DNA from: a virus
Lineage: Duplodnaviria > Caudoviricetes
Strand: one strand, 5' to 3'
DNA: 24,477 bases
IMG/VR virus record: IMGVR_UViG_3300046028_006624
Coordinates: 1 to 24,477 of that record
Numbering within the stretch: position 1 is the stretch's first letter; every line of letters starts with the position of its first letter. The position numbers were made by a program, and so were the translations under genes. The notes under the pieces were generated by a model that searched no databases, had not been told where the DNA came from, and saw nothing but the letters and a program-made list of their open reading frames with translations. This document shows, in pieces, positions 7,946 through 16,600 of the stretch.

Positions 7946-8255
7946 TAGTCTTTCCTTCTTTTGATGTTGTTAATGCAATAGTCTTAGCGTGCTCTAAGTC
8001 TTGTTTCTTTTTGGTTAAATCATTCCTTTCAATTTCTATCTTAATAAGTTTAGCTTCAATTTCTAAAATCTGAGATTGAAATGATTCTTTATTTCGAACA
8101 GCTTCTTTACGAGCTTTTTCAACATCAGCAAGCTGCGCAATTAAACCAGCATTTGCTGACGGCTCAGCTGCAGTTTTTATTTCTGCAGCGTCTTCTTTAA
8201 CAGCTGCATCATATTTCTTTGCCTCCCAGTCGGAGAATCTCATGTATGTTTCCAT
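7926..8255 (-). CDS. Hypothetical coiled-coil protein
   Basis: 109 aa with K/E/A-rich heptads; a GAATATATA variant motif lies immediately upstream. Confidence 0.7.
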   Translation of the reverse strand: METYMRFSDWEAKKYDAAVKEDAAEIKTAAEPSANAGLIAQLADVEKARKEAVRNKESFQSQILEIEAKLIKIEIERNDLTKKKQDLEHAKTIALTTSKEGKTNVKEDK

Positions 8256-8259
8256 AGTT

Positions 8260-8268
8260 TATATATTC
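8260..8268 (-). promoter_or_regulatory. GAATATATA variant of the candidate late-promoter motif
   Basis: Lies in the 19-nt gap between the tape-measure stop and the ATG at 8255. Confidence 0.4.
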
Positions 8269-8274
8269 TTCAAT

Positions 8275-11200
8275 TTACCTTGACAATTTGCCATTTATAT
8301 AAAGGTTAGTTACTTCTAAGCGAGCAATAACTCCACCAGCTAAACTACCCTGCGATGCAGGAACTTGTTGCTGCTGCTGTTGCTGCGATGAGCCGCCTGA
8401 AAAAACTTCTTTAGCTTTATCAGCAACTTTACCAAGAATACTCTTATCTTCAGTTTTACTAGTTGCTGCATCGGGCGATTTCTTTTGAACATTATTTAAT
8501 GCTGCTTGTGCTTGTGCTTGTTCTTTAAGTGCTTTTGTAGTTGCTGATAATTTTCCTGCGTCTACGCTTGCTATAGTTTTTAATGAATCAGCATATGTTT
8601 TTAAGTTAGCGGCATCGTCTTTTCCAAATGCGTCCCATACTTTAACAAAGATTCCCATATCTTTAGTAAACTGTCCAAAGCTTTTTGTAAACTTTTCAAA
8701 CGGTGTACTAATCTTTGTCATGCCTTCTGTGATTGATGCAAACTTTTTATATAATGTAACTTTATTATTGTCCAGTTTATCAAAAGAAGTACCTATTGAT
8801 GTTAATGAAGTAGCAAAGCCTGTTAATACACCACTAATGTTTTTACCTGTCTTGTTAGACTCGGCAATGTTCTTTGTGATTTCAAGATATGATTTAGAAA
8901 CATCAAGTATGTCTTCCATGGCAGAAGACATCTTTGGCATAAACTCAATAGCAGTATCAATTTCGTCTTCCCATTTGTCAAGGTATATACCTAAAGTAGC
9001 AAATATTTGCGGGAACGCGTATAATAGTTTCTTTGCATTTGTAACAGCCGTAGGAATTGCATCAGCAAAATTAATTGTACCTTTTGCTACAAGTTTTGCA
9101 TTTTTAGTCCCAGGATTAATAACTTCATTAATAGTTGCTTGGCCACTTGCAAGTTTAAGTACCATATCAGCCATTTTAGCAATAGGATCAACTATCTTAC
9201 CGGTTGCTTCTATTCCTGCCTCAAGTGCACTATCAGTAAACCATGAACTTCCATTTTTATAATCTCTACCAAAATTTGTAAGCGGTGTTGTTAACGCTGT
9301 AAGTATTTCTTCAACATTAGTTGCTGCATTGGTAAAATCATCGGTTGTTAATTGGCGAGAAGATATAGGAACAAGCTTGCCATTCTTAACAGCGTATTCT
9401 ACAACATTAAGCGTAGCCATGTCAGCAACGCCTTTTGCAATACTACCAATTGCATTACCTACTTTTCCTGCAGCTTCAATACCTTTTACTACATAGCCAC
9501 TACCCCAGTACTTACCCTCGCCTTTTACAGATTCTTCCCCAAATTTAGATAAAGGAATAGTAAGCGCGTTTAAAATTGATGCTGTATTATTGCCAGCTAA
9601 TGTAAAATCTGCTTCTGTTAGTTTACGAACACTTTTAGGAACAAGTTTTCCATTCCTAACCGTGTATTCTGTAACATTAAGATTTGCCATATCAGCAACT
9701 CCTTTAGCAATACTACCAATTGCATTACCTATATCACCAGCAGCACGAATACCTTTTTGCATGTAGCCAGCGCCAATAGTAAAAGGTCCATACCCTGTTT
9801 CACCTAATGTTGACCACATACCAAATGCCGTAAGTGGCATTGCAAGCGCATTAAGTATTGATGCAACGTTAGGACCAACTTGTTGAATTTCAGCGTCAGT
9901 TAATTTAACTACTCTTTTAGCCACAAGTTTCTTAGATGCTTTATCATATTCCATTTCCGTGAATGATAAAGTTGCCATTGCTTTTACACCTGCTGCTAAT
10001 GAAACAAGAGCAAGACCCATTAAAGCAATCATTGGAATTGCTGCCATTGCTTTAAGTACACCTGCTACTCCTAAACCATCAAGTGCGTGTGAAAATCCTT
10101 GAACGGTACTTGATAGAGCATTGGTTAAAGCTGCGCCATCACTTTCTTCCCACCCTATTTGTTTAAATATGGCAAGAGCAAACGTAAGAGGTAAAAGAGC
10201 CGCAGACGCAGGTATAATTGCAGCGGCGCCAATTAAGACAAACGGAGCTATGATTCCAAGTTTTGACATTGTCCAGCTTATTTGCATAATTGCGTATGCA
10301 AGATTTTCAACCTTTTCTTTTGTAAACTCTGCTTGGGATAATAACACAAGAGTACCCGCAAATGCTATCATCGGTAATGCTAGTGCTTCAATAATACCAA
10401 CACCAATTAAAGCATAAGGTGCAATCCCAGGATCTCCTAAAACTCTTGCGGCTAATCCAAGAATAACGATTGCTAACCCAATTACACCAACTTTAAGTGC
10501 AAGAGTAAGTGGATCATCTTTAACCAGTGATCCTACTATTGCTAAAGAAACCGCAAATCCTAACATAGGTAATGCTAATCCACTAATAAGAGCAGTTCCT
10601 TTTTTAATAGATCCGTCTTTATCAAGCTTGCCTAGGCCGTATGCAGCTAATCCAATAAATCCAATAGATAGACCCATTACAAGTGCTCCTAACGCTATTG
10701 CTGGAGCTACTAGACCCGCAAGAGCCATCACAAGTCCAAAGAATACTAAAGGCTTAACCATATTATTTAAAGCCCTAATCCCTTTATTAATTTGCACAGA
10801 ATCTTTACCTAATCCATTAAGTACCATCATGATAGCTTTAATTGCTAAAATAAAAGCTATTACTCCTAATGCAAATAATGGAACAACTAAACCAATAGCA
10901 ACCATAGTTAATGCAAAGATAGCAATGTATTTGCCAATCTTCATTAAGGTGTCAAGCGCAGTTGCACCTTTCCCAGCATTTTTATCTGCGGAATTTAATG
11001 CCCATAAGATTCCTTTAATTGCTAATATGAATACTAAAGTTCCAACAGCAAATAGCGGAGCAACTAATGCAATACCTACCATTGTTAATGCAAAGAGTGC
11101 AATACCTTTACCAATACCCATTAATGTTGCTAACGCAGTTGCACCTTTACCAGCTGCAGCATTCGCGTCTTTTAATGCCCATAAGATTCCTTTAATTGCC

Positions 11201-11646
11201 ATCATAAAGACAAGTGTCCCAAGTGCTACTGCGGGGGCTAACACAGCTACCGCCGTCATACCTAATGCAAATGCAAATATGCTTTTAGACATTTTAGACA
11301 TAGCATCAATTAGCTCAACTCCATTAACATCTTTAATATTTTTGGAGGCATCTCTAAGTCCTTCTGAAAAGTTTACTAAGAAGTCTTTAACTTTTACACC
11401 TGCTTTAGAACTAAGAAGATTAGTAGCAACAATTAATTTTGCAATTGATGTAGCCATACCACCAATTGCCATTGCTTCTTTAGTAGAGTCAACAACAGAA
11501 CCTTTAGCAGGTCCTTCTTTAGATGTAACGGTATTTCCACCTTTCTCGCCTTTCTTGCTACTACTTGGATTAAGATAACTCTCAATCTGTTTGGTTAACG
11601 AAACTAACTGGGCTAATTTCTCATTGGCCTGATTGGCTACTGACAT
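8275..11646 (-). CDS. Tail tape-measure protein
   Basis: 1123 aa, Ala/Gly/Leu-rich and helical, with many hydrophobic segments and internal repeats. It sits in the canonical position after sheath, tube and chaperones. Confidence 0.8.
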   Translation of the reverse strand: MSVANQANEKLAQLVSLTKQIESYLNPSSSKKGEKGGNTVTSKEGPAKGSVVDSTKEAMAIGGMATSIAKLIVATNLLSSKAGVKVKDFLVNFSEGLRDASKNIKDVNGVELIDAMSKMSKSIFAFALGMTAVAVLAPAVALGTLVFMMAIKGILWALKDANAAAGKGATALATLMGIGKGIALFALTMVGIALVAPLFAVGTLVFILAIKGILWALNSADKNAGKGATALDTLMKIGKYIAIFALTMVAIGLVVPLFALGVIAFILAIKAIMMVLNGLGKDSVQINKGIRALNNMVKPLVFFGLVMALAGLVAPAIALGALVMGLSIGFIGLAAYGLGKLDKDGSIKKGTALISGLALPMLGFAVSLAIVGSLVKDDPLTLALKVGVIGLAIVILGLAARVLGDPGIAPYALIGVGIIEALALPMIAFAGTLVLLSQAEFTKEKVENLAYAIMQISWTMSKLGIIAPFVLIGAAAIIPASAALLPLTFALAIFKQIGWEESDGAALTNALSSTVQGFSHALDGLGVAGVLKAMAAIPMIALMGLALVSLAAGVKAMATLSFTEMEYDKASKKLVAKRVVKLTDAEIQQVGPNVASILNALAMPLTAFGMWSTLGETGYGPFTIGAGYMQKGIRAAGDIGNAIGSIAKGVADMANLNVTEYTVRNGKLVPKSVRKLTEADFTLAGNNTASILNALTIPLSKFGEESVKGEGKYWGSGYVVKGIEAAGKVGNAIGSIAKGVADMATLNVVEYAVKNGKLVPISSRQLTTDDFTNAATNVEEILTALTTPLTNFGRDYKNGSSWFTDSALEAGIEATGKIVDPIAKMADMVLKLASGQATINEVINPGTKNAKLVAKGTINFADAIPTAVTNAKKLLYAFPQIFATLGIYLDKWEDEIDTAIEFMPKMSSAMEDILDVSKSYLEITKNIAESNKTGKNISGVLTGFATSLTSIGTSFDKLDNNKVTLYKKFASITEGMTKISTPFEKFTKSFGQFTKDMGIFVKVWDAFGKDDAANLKTYADSLKTIASVDAGKLSATTKALKEQAQAQAALNNVQKKSPDAATSKTEDKSILGKVADKAKEVFSGGSSQQQQQQQVPASQGSLAGGVIARLEVTNLYINGKLSR
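8365..8385 (-). repeat. CAG/CAA poly-Gln tract (Q7) near the tape-measure C-terminus
   Basis: ttgttgctgctgctgttgctg on the + strand encodes the Q7 in SSQQQQQQQV. Confidence 0.85.
9437..9730 (-). repeat. ~90-aa (270-nt) tandem repeat in the tape-measure gene
   Basis: Identical gcaatactaccaattgcattacct at 9437 and 9707; the protein repeats GNAIGSIAKGVADMA.LNV.EY.V.NGKLVP. Confidence 0.85.
10994..11199 (-). repeat. 59-aa (177-nt) tandem repeat in the hydrophobic region of the tape-measure gene
   Basis: Identical 29-mer tttaatgcccataagattcctttaattgc at 10994 and 11171; the protein repeats AIKGILWAL..A...AGKGATAL.TLM.IGK.IA.FALTMV. Confidence 0.85.
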
Positions 11647-11667
11647 CTATGGTCTGGGGTCTTTTTG

Positions 11668-11675
11668 TATATATC
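11668..11675 (-). promoter_or_regulatory. GATATATA candidate late-promoter motif
   Basis: Exact motif ~21 nt upstream of the tape-measure ATG at 11646. Confidence 0.65.
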
Positions 11676-11682
11676 ATATCAT

Positions 11683-11952
11683 CTAATACTTAAAGTTTGG
11701 CATAGATGGTATGTTAAAGTTTGGCATAGCTGGCATCTTAGGTAAACTATTGCTTGCAGCAGACATCATTGAGTTTGCTGACATGTCTTGGCCTTCTTCC
11801 TCTTTCTTACGTCTACCTTCTTCCTCTTCATTGAAGTTTTTCAAATTCTCCATAAGGATTTCAGCTCGGTAAAATTCCAGCCTATCTAATTCAGAAGGCT
11901 GGAGCTTTAATACTTTTAATAAGATGAACTCAGCCTCAAACCAATTCGTCAA
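11683..11952 (-). CDS. gp51-like / tail assembly chaperone T-like ORF (may be expressed as a frameshift fusion)
   Basis: FILLKVLKLQPSELDRLEFYRAEILMENL resembles the short '..sEi..l..ye.e.' chaperone helices found before tape-measure genes. It has only a TTG start, overlaps the upstream gene end, and its frame is open back to 11997. Confidence 0.65.
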   Translation of the reverse strand: MTNWFEAEFILLKVLKLQPSELDRLEFYRAEILMENLKNFNEEEEGRRKKEEEGQDMSANSMMSAASNSLPKMPAMPNFNIPSMPNFKY

Positions 11953-12898
11953 AGATATCTGAAATAAGGAAAATAGATTTGATTCCTCCCTGAAAGTTTA
12001 AGGGCGCTTTCCCTTCCCCTCCGCTGGACGTTTGATATCTGATGCCAGGATTAATAGAATCAGATAGCATTTCTACAAGTTTGTCCATAACTGAAATTCT
12101 TTGTAAACTCCAAGTGAATGATTCTTGTACCGCTCTATCATATGAAGTCTGGTTTAAAACTTTCCAATCGCTAAAAGAGAACGGCGCATACTTGATAAAT
12201 GTTTTATCAAACGATTGCCCTGCTTGTTGTTTTTGTTTAATAAAGTTTTTAATGAAAGACATAATACCTAGAGATGGTAAAAAGATTTTGAAGTTTTCAC
12301 CGTTTTTCATTTGTATGTTAAACGATTGTTCTTCTGAACTATAATACTTCATGATTCTTTCATCAGGATTAAAATAATCTAATGAATCTTTAGTTACTTC
12401 AATTTTTTGGTCTGCTCCATCTTCATCAGATACACTTACAAATAAACGGTTCTCGCCATTCTTAAATGTATAATCACGTACTGCAAAGATTAAGTAAAAA
12501 CGGTCAATTTCTAAAAGGTCTTTGTAAGTACCAGGTTTTCCAGGCACTTTAATTCTAACACATTTTTCCATGATAAAGTTAAGCATATCATCTACACCTA
12601 ATAAGTCATTATCATCGATTGTTGACCAGTGACGTATTTCTGAAACTGTAGCTGCTCTTAATGCAACTTGTGTTCCAGCTTTGTAAAACATACCTTGTGA
12701 AGGTAAAGATTCCATTGGCATATTCTTCCAACCAATTTCTGCTGCTAGTACTTCATCGCCTTCATATTCTACAAACTTTTGAGCTTTACCGATAGTAGCT
12801 GGTTGAACTTCTTCGACATTAGCTTGTTCTTCTTGTTGAACTAAAAGAGCCGCTTCCTTTTCAAGTAGATCTTTTACATTCTCTGTTTCTTGTGACAT
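11936..12898 (-). CDS. gp26-like baseplate hub / tail assembly chaperone G-like protein
   Basis: LPSQGMFY...V.LRAATVSEI and KDLLEIDRFYLIFAVRDYTF match T4 gp26-like (T4_baseplate-type) motifs. The likely start is ATG 12898 (MSQETEN), because the ORF-track extension to 12964 spans the promoter motif and abuts the terminator. Confidence 0.72.
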   Translation of the reverse strand: MSQETENVKDLLEKEAALLVQQEEQANVEEVQPATIGKAQKFVEYEGDEVLAAEIGWKNMPMESLPSQGMFYKAGTQVALRAATVSEIRHWSTIDDNDLLGVDDMLNFIMEKCVRIKVPGKPGTYKDLLEIDRFYLIFAVRDYTFKNGENRLFVSVSDEDGADQKIEVTKDSLDYFNPDERIMKYYSSEEQSFNIQMKNGENFKIFLPSLGIMSFIKNFIKQKQQAGQSFDKTFIKYAPFSFSDWKVLNQTSYDRAVQESFTWSLQRISVMDKLVEMLSDSINPGIRYQTSSGGEGKAPLNFQGGIKSIFLISDIFDELV

Positions 12899-12924
12899 AT
12901 ATTCTATATTATTTAGATTTAGTT

Positions 12925-12932
12925 TATATATC
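12925..12932 (-). promoter_or_regulatory. GATATATA candidate late-promoter motif
   Basis: Exact motif between the tube terminator and the ATG at 12898. Confidence 0.65.
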
Positions 12933-12964
12933 ACAGGTATGTAATGGTTCTTAAATTTAGGCAC

Positions 12965-12993
12965 AAAAAAAGAGGGGTCTTGCGAACCCTCTT
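12965..12993 (-). terminator. Rho-independent terminator after the tail tube gene
   Basis: The minus strand reads AAGAGGGTTC-GCAA-GACCCCTCTT followed by TTTTT; GNRA loop, one stem mismatch. Confidence 0.85.
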
Positions 12994-13012
12994 AATATAA
13001 AGTTTAAATTTC

Positions 13013-13570
13013 TTAAAGAATCGTTTCTTCCCAGTAATCTGCGTTAAGCGAGAATCCTGTGATTTTGTAAATCCCGCCATCTGTAAAGTCAGATCCCATT
13101 GCAGGAAGTGGTGATTTAGGAAATACTACAGGGCATTTAACTTGACGGTAGATATCTCCCGCTTTGTTAAAATAGTTGATGATCATTGGACCACCAGTGT
13201 AATCTTTCTTAAGTCCCATCTTACCAGTTAATGGGTCGTATATAAGGTCACACCATTTACGAAGTGCTTTATATACATAAGCTGAGTTACTGTCATCTAA
13301 GTTAACCTCAAAATCTAATTTGATTTCAAGAACCGCGTCAGTAACCATACCACCAGCAAACGTTCTAGTCGCTGATTTGTATGTTTGCTTAACCATTTCT
13401 GGTAATCTATTAGTTTCAATACCTTCAACTTTTGTACAGTTTTCCATTACCAGTGTCCAACCAGTAACGGCTGCAGGCGGAGTTAGAAGAATTTCGAACT
13501 GTGCGTTATACAACGGTTCGAATTTTTGCATTGCCGCCTGGGAGTTTCTATAATGTGGAAGTCCTGCCAT
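13013..13570 (-). CDS. Tail tube protein (T4 gp19-like)
   Basis: 185 aa, directly downstream of the sheath. YKALRKWCDLIYDPLTGKMGLKKDY, ..FP and ..DYWEE fit myophage tube motifs. Confidence 0.88.
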   Translation of the reverse strand: MAGLPHYRNSQAAMQKFEPLYNAQFEILLTPPAAVTGWTLVMENCTKVEGIETNRLPEMVKQTYKSATRTFAGGMVTDAVLEIKLDFEVNLDDSNSAYVYKALRKWCDLIYDPLTGKMGLKKDYTGGPMIINYFNKAGDIYRQVKCPVVFPKSPLPAMGSDFTDGGIYKITGFSLNADYWEETIL

Positions 13571-13610
13571 TTTATCTTTTATTTATTTTTTCTAATTCTA
13601 TTGTTAATTC

Positions 13611-16600
13611 TTAAGCTGCTGAAAATCCTCCAGAAGAGATTGTTCCAGTTTTAAGTATTGTCATACGGTTAATAAATTTCTGGATTCCACGAGCAGGCTC
13701 GATTGCAACATCAATTATACCGAAGTTTTGGTCAATGATTGCTGGTGTATTATTCGTGTCATCCATGATAACAGCGTAATTATATACACCTCCAGCATTT
13801 CTTACAGTGTCAAGATAAGTTTCTACGATAGAACGAATTTCTAAACGTGTTGAAGCATCATTAAACTCAAATAAGTATTGTTGTAAGATTTCTTCAATCG
13901 CTTCTTCAATCGTAATAAGTAAATCCCTAACGTGTAAGTTATTAAATGCAGACAGCGTACGTTGGTAAGCTGTTTGGTTTGCGAATATCATCGGACCAAC
14001 ATTTTTAACTGTTACGATTGGGTTAACACCTATCGGTTCAAGATTCTCTCTATCAGAAAGTAAATAATCATATTCCATTCTAACAAATTTTGGATTAGAG
14101 ATTACACCACGGCGTGGACCAGCAACGATTGCGAATGGCTCACCATTAATGAATTTTCTTACAAAATTGTTTGATACGTCTGCAGACGGCGGAACACTAA
14201 TTTCTTTGTTGTTCTCACGGATAATAACGTTAGGCGAGAATACACCAATGAATTTAGCTCCTTGACCTTCGTCAGGTAATCCCCAGATATACGATGGCCC
14301 TAATGAAAGGTTACCTCCATCAGCAATATACGTAGTATTAAGAACTGGTTTTGGATTTCCAGCAGCCGGGTCAGGCAAGTCTGTAAATCTTGGGTCAGTA
14401 CTGTTTTGGAACTGAGCGCATGATGGTGCATTAAGAAGAGCTAAACATTTTTGACGATTCATAGCTAATCTGCTTAATATTTGTTTTGGACCCATGTTAG
14501 GCTCAAGACCACCATTAAATGTATCAACAATATAACGGAAAGCAATTACATCTTTATCTGCAAGTGTTACTGCAAGATTTGTATTTTCAAGAACTCCGTA
14601 TATTTTTTCTAATTGAGCAGGAGTACCAGGTAAGTGGTAATCAGTCAATGTAAATCCTGAAAGTTTTGTAAATTGGAAACGATCACAGAATTTTTGGATT
14701 GGAGCAAACTTAGTAATTTTTGATGTACCTGATGTAATATCAACAAGAGGAGTATCAAGAACTGTATACTCAAAGAATGGCAATCCAGTAGCAGGGTCAA
14801 GTTTTTTAACTTTAGCAGTTACTCTGATAAGAATAGGATTAGCAACGTTGTTGTTTACAACGTAATCACCAATTTCTAAGCTAGCAGCGTTTGTTGGAGT
14901 TAACTTGAATTTTTTACCACCTCCATAAAGTCCTGGTGCTTCAATCGCAATTTGTTCGCTTAAGTTTTTTGCAAGAGACGAATATATTGCAATGTCATTA
15001 GTTGTAGCAGAACCATCAGTATAAATTATAGAACCATCGTATGTAAGGTTAACATTGGCAAATGTAGCATCAGCTTTGTTTAATAATGTGTTAGCTGTAT
15101 ATTGCTCAACTTTTGCTCCAGATAAACCGTATGCAATTTGAGTATAAGTATCTTTATCAGCGTTCCATGCATTTGTTACATTCAAGTAATTGTATTGTGA
15201 AGTACCAGAACCGTATTTAATACGGTCACCGTCAATCACAAGACTACCTGCAATGTTACGAGCAAGTTTATTACCTGGGTATGCTTCATACGCAGCAAGA
15301 GATGCAATAGAGTTTCCTGTTGGAGGAGCAATTCCATTGTATACAGCAGTTGGAACGTTTGCAGCGGTATCATTTACCTCAACGTAAAATTGTTGTCCAC
15401 CTGGTAATGTAACTCTAATAAGATCACCCACAGTTTGAAGATCAAATGGATTTTCATTAGTTGTTGCAGTACCTACAATACGAACAGATTGGAAATCTCC
15501 AGAATTGCTATCAATATCGTAAGCAGCTAATACACCAGTTTCATCCACAATATGCCAATCATCAGAACCTGAATTAATAGGTAAGTTTGTAGATATGTTA
15601 TAAAGAGTTACGTTATTTTTATTGTCTTTAGTTTCAGTTTGACCTAAACCTACAATTTTTGAATAAACAGTGTTTACAGAAGCAATATAACCAAAGTCAT
15701 CATTACCGTTAATATCAAGATCTGGTACTAAGTTTATAGCAGCAGCCTCGTGTGTATCAAGGAATGTTATGTTAATATCACCAGGTTGTAAGTAAGATGC
15801 AAATTCATCAAACGGGAATCCTGCAGTACAGAATTTACTTTGATAAAATGGAGCACCATTAGTTAAACCTGTTGTTTTAGCTACGACAGTCATGATTCCA
15901 CCTAATTGGGATACAGAGTCAACTTCAAAATACTTAGCGTATCCCGGAGCTTGTATTAGCATGATATCACCGTCAGAAACAGATGGACCTACAGAAACTG
16001 TATTAATTGTAATTGTTCCGTTTGTAGCAGGAGCACCACCTAAATTTGCAAGTGGTAATGTTAATACTTCACCAACTACATAAGATTCACCGCCTTGTAC
16101 GATTGTTACCGCAGGAACCCCAGCGGCATTATAGTTTACATTAAATATTGCGCTATAACCAGAACCTCCAGTTGCAACAATATTTGAATAAGGAACAGGC
16201 AATAATGTTGCAGGAGAGAAAGTAATATCGTTAACTCCCGATACACCGCCTATTAAAGCTCCGCTGATAGTTAATACATCAGTTAATTGGTATTTAATAC
16301 CTGGAGTAACTAATGCAATAGTAGTTACGTTTGTTGAACTTACTTGTACGGTAAATGTTGCATTTTGAGCTCCAGTTTTAACATTTCCTGTTGAAGTAGT
16401 AGCAACAGGAGTGTATGTAGCACCAGTAATAGTTGAAACATCGATTGTTACGTTACCTGCAGACGAGCCTCCAAGAAGAGCGCCATCAATAGTAATCGTA
16501 TCACCAATATCATAACCAGTACCACCCACATTAACCGTTACACCACCAATTGCTTGAACATTACCAGCACCTGTGATAATTACATCTACAGTTAAACCAG

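Noticed and set aside
10628-11578. 316-aa plus-strand ORF, plus the other plus-strand ORFs (e.g. 8720-9262, 2989-3291, 4778-5119, 18883-19221)
   Set aside because: They are antisense shadows within or overlapping well-supported minus-strand genes. Their composition mirrors the sense codon bias and they carry no motifs.
12899-12964. N-terminal extension of the gp26-like ORF in the ORF track
   Set aside because: It spans the GATATATA motif and abuts the tube terminator; ATG 12898 is the better start.
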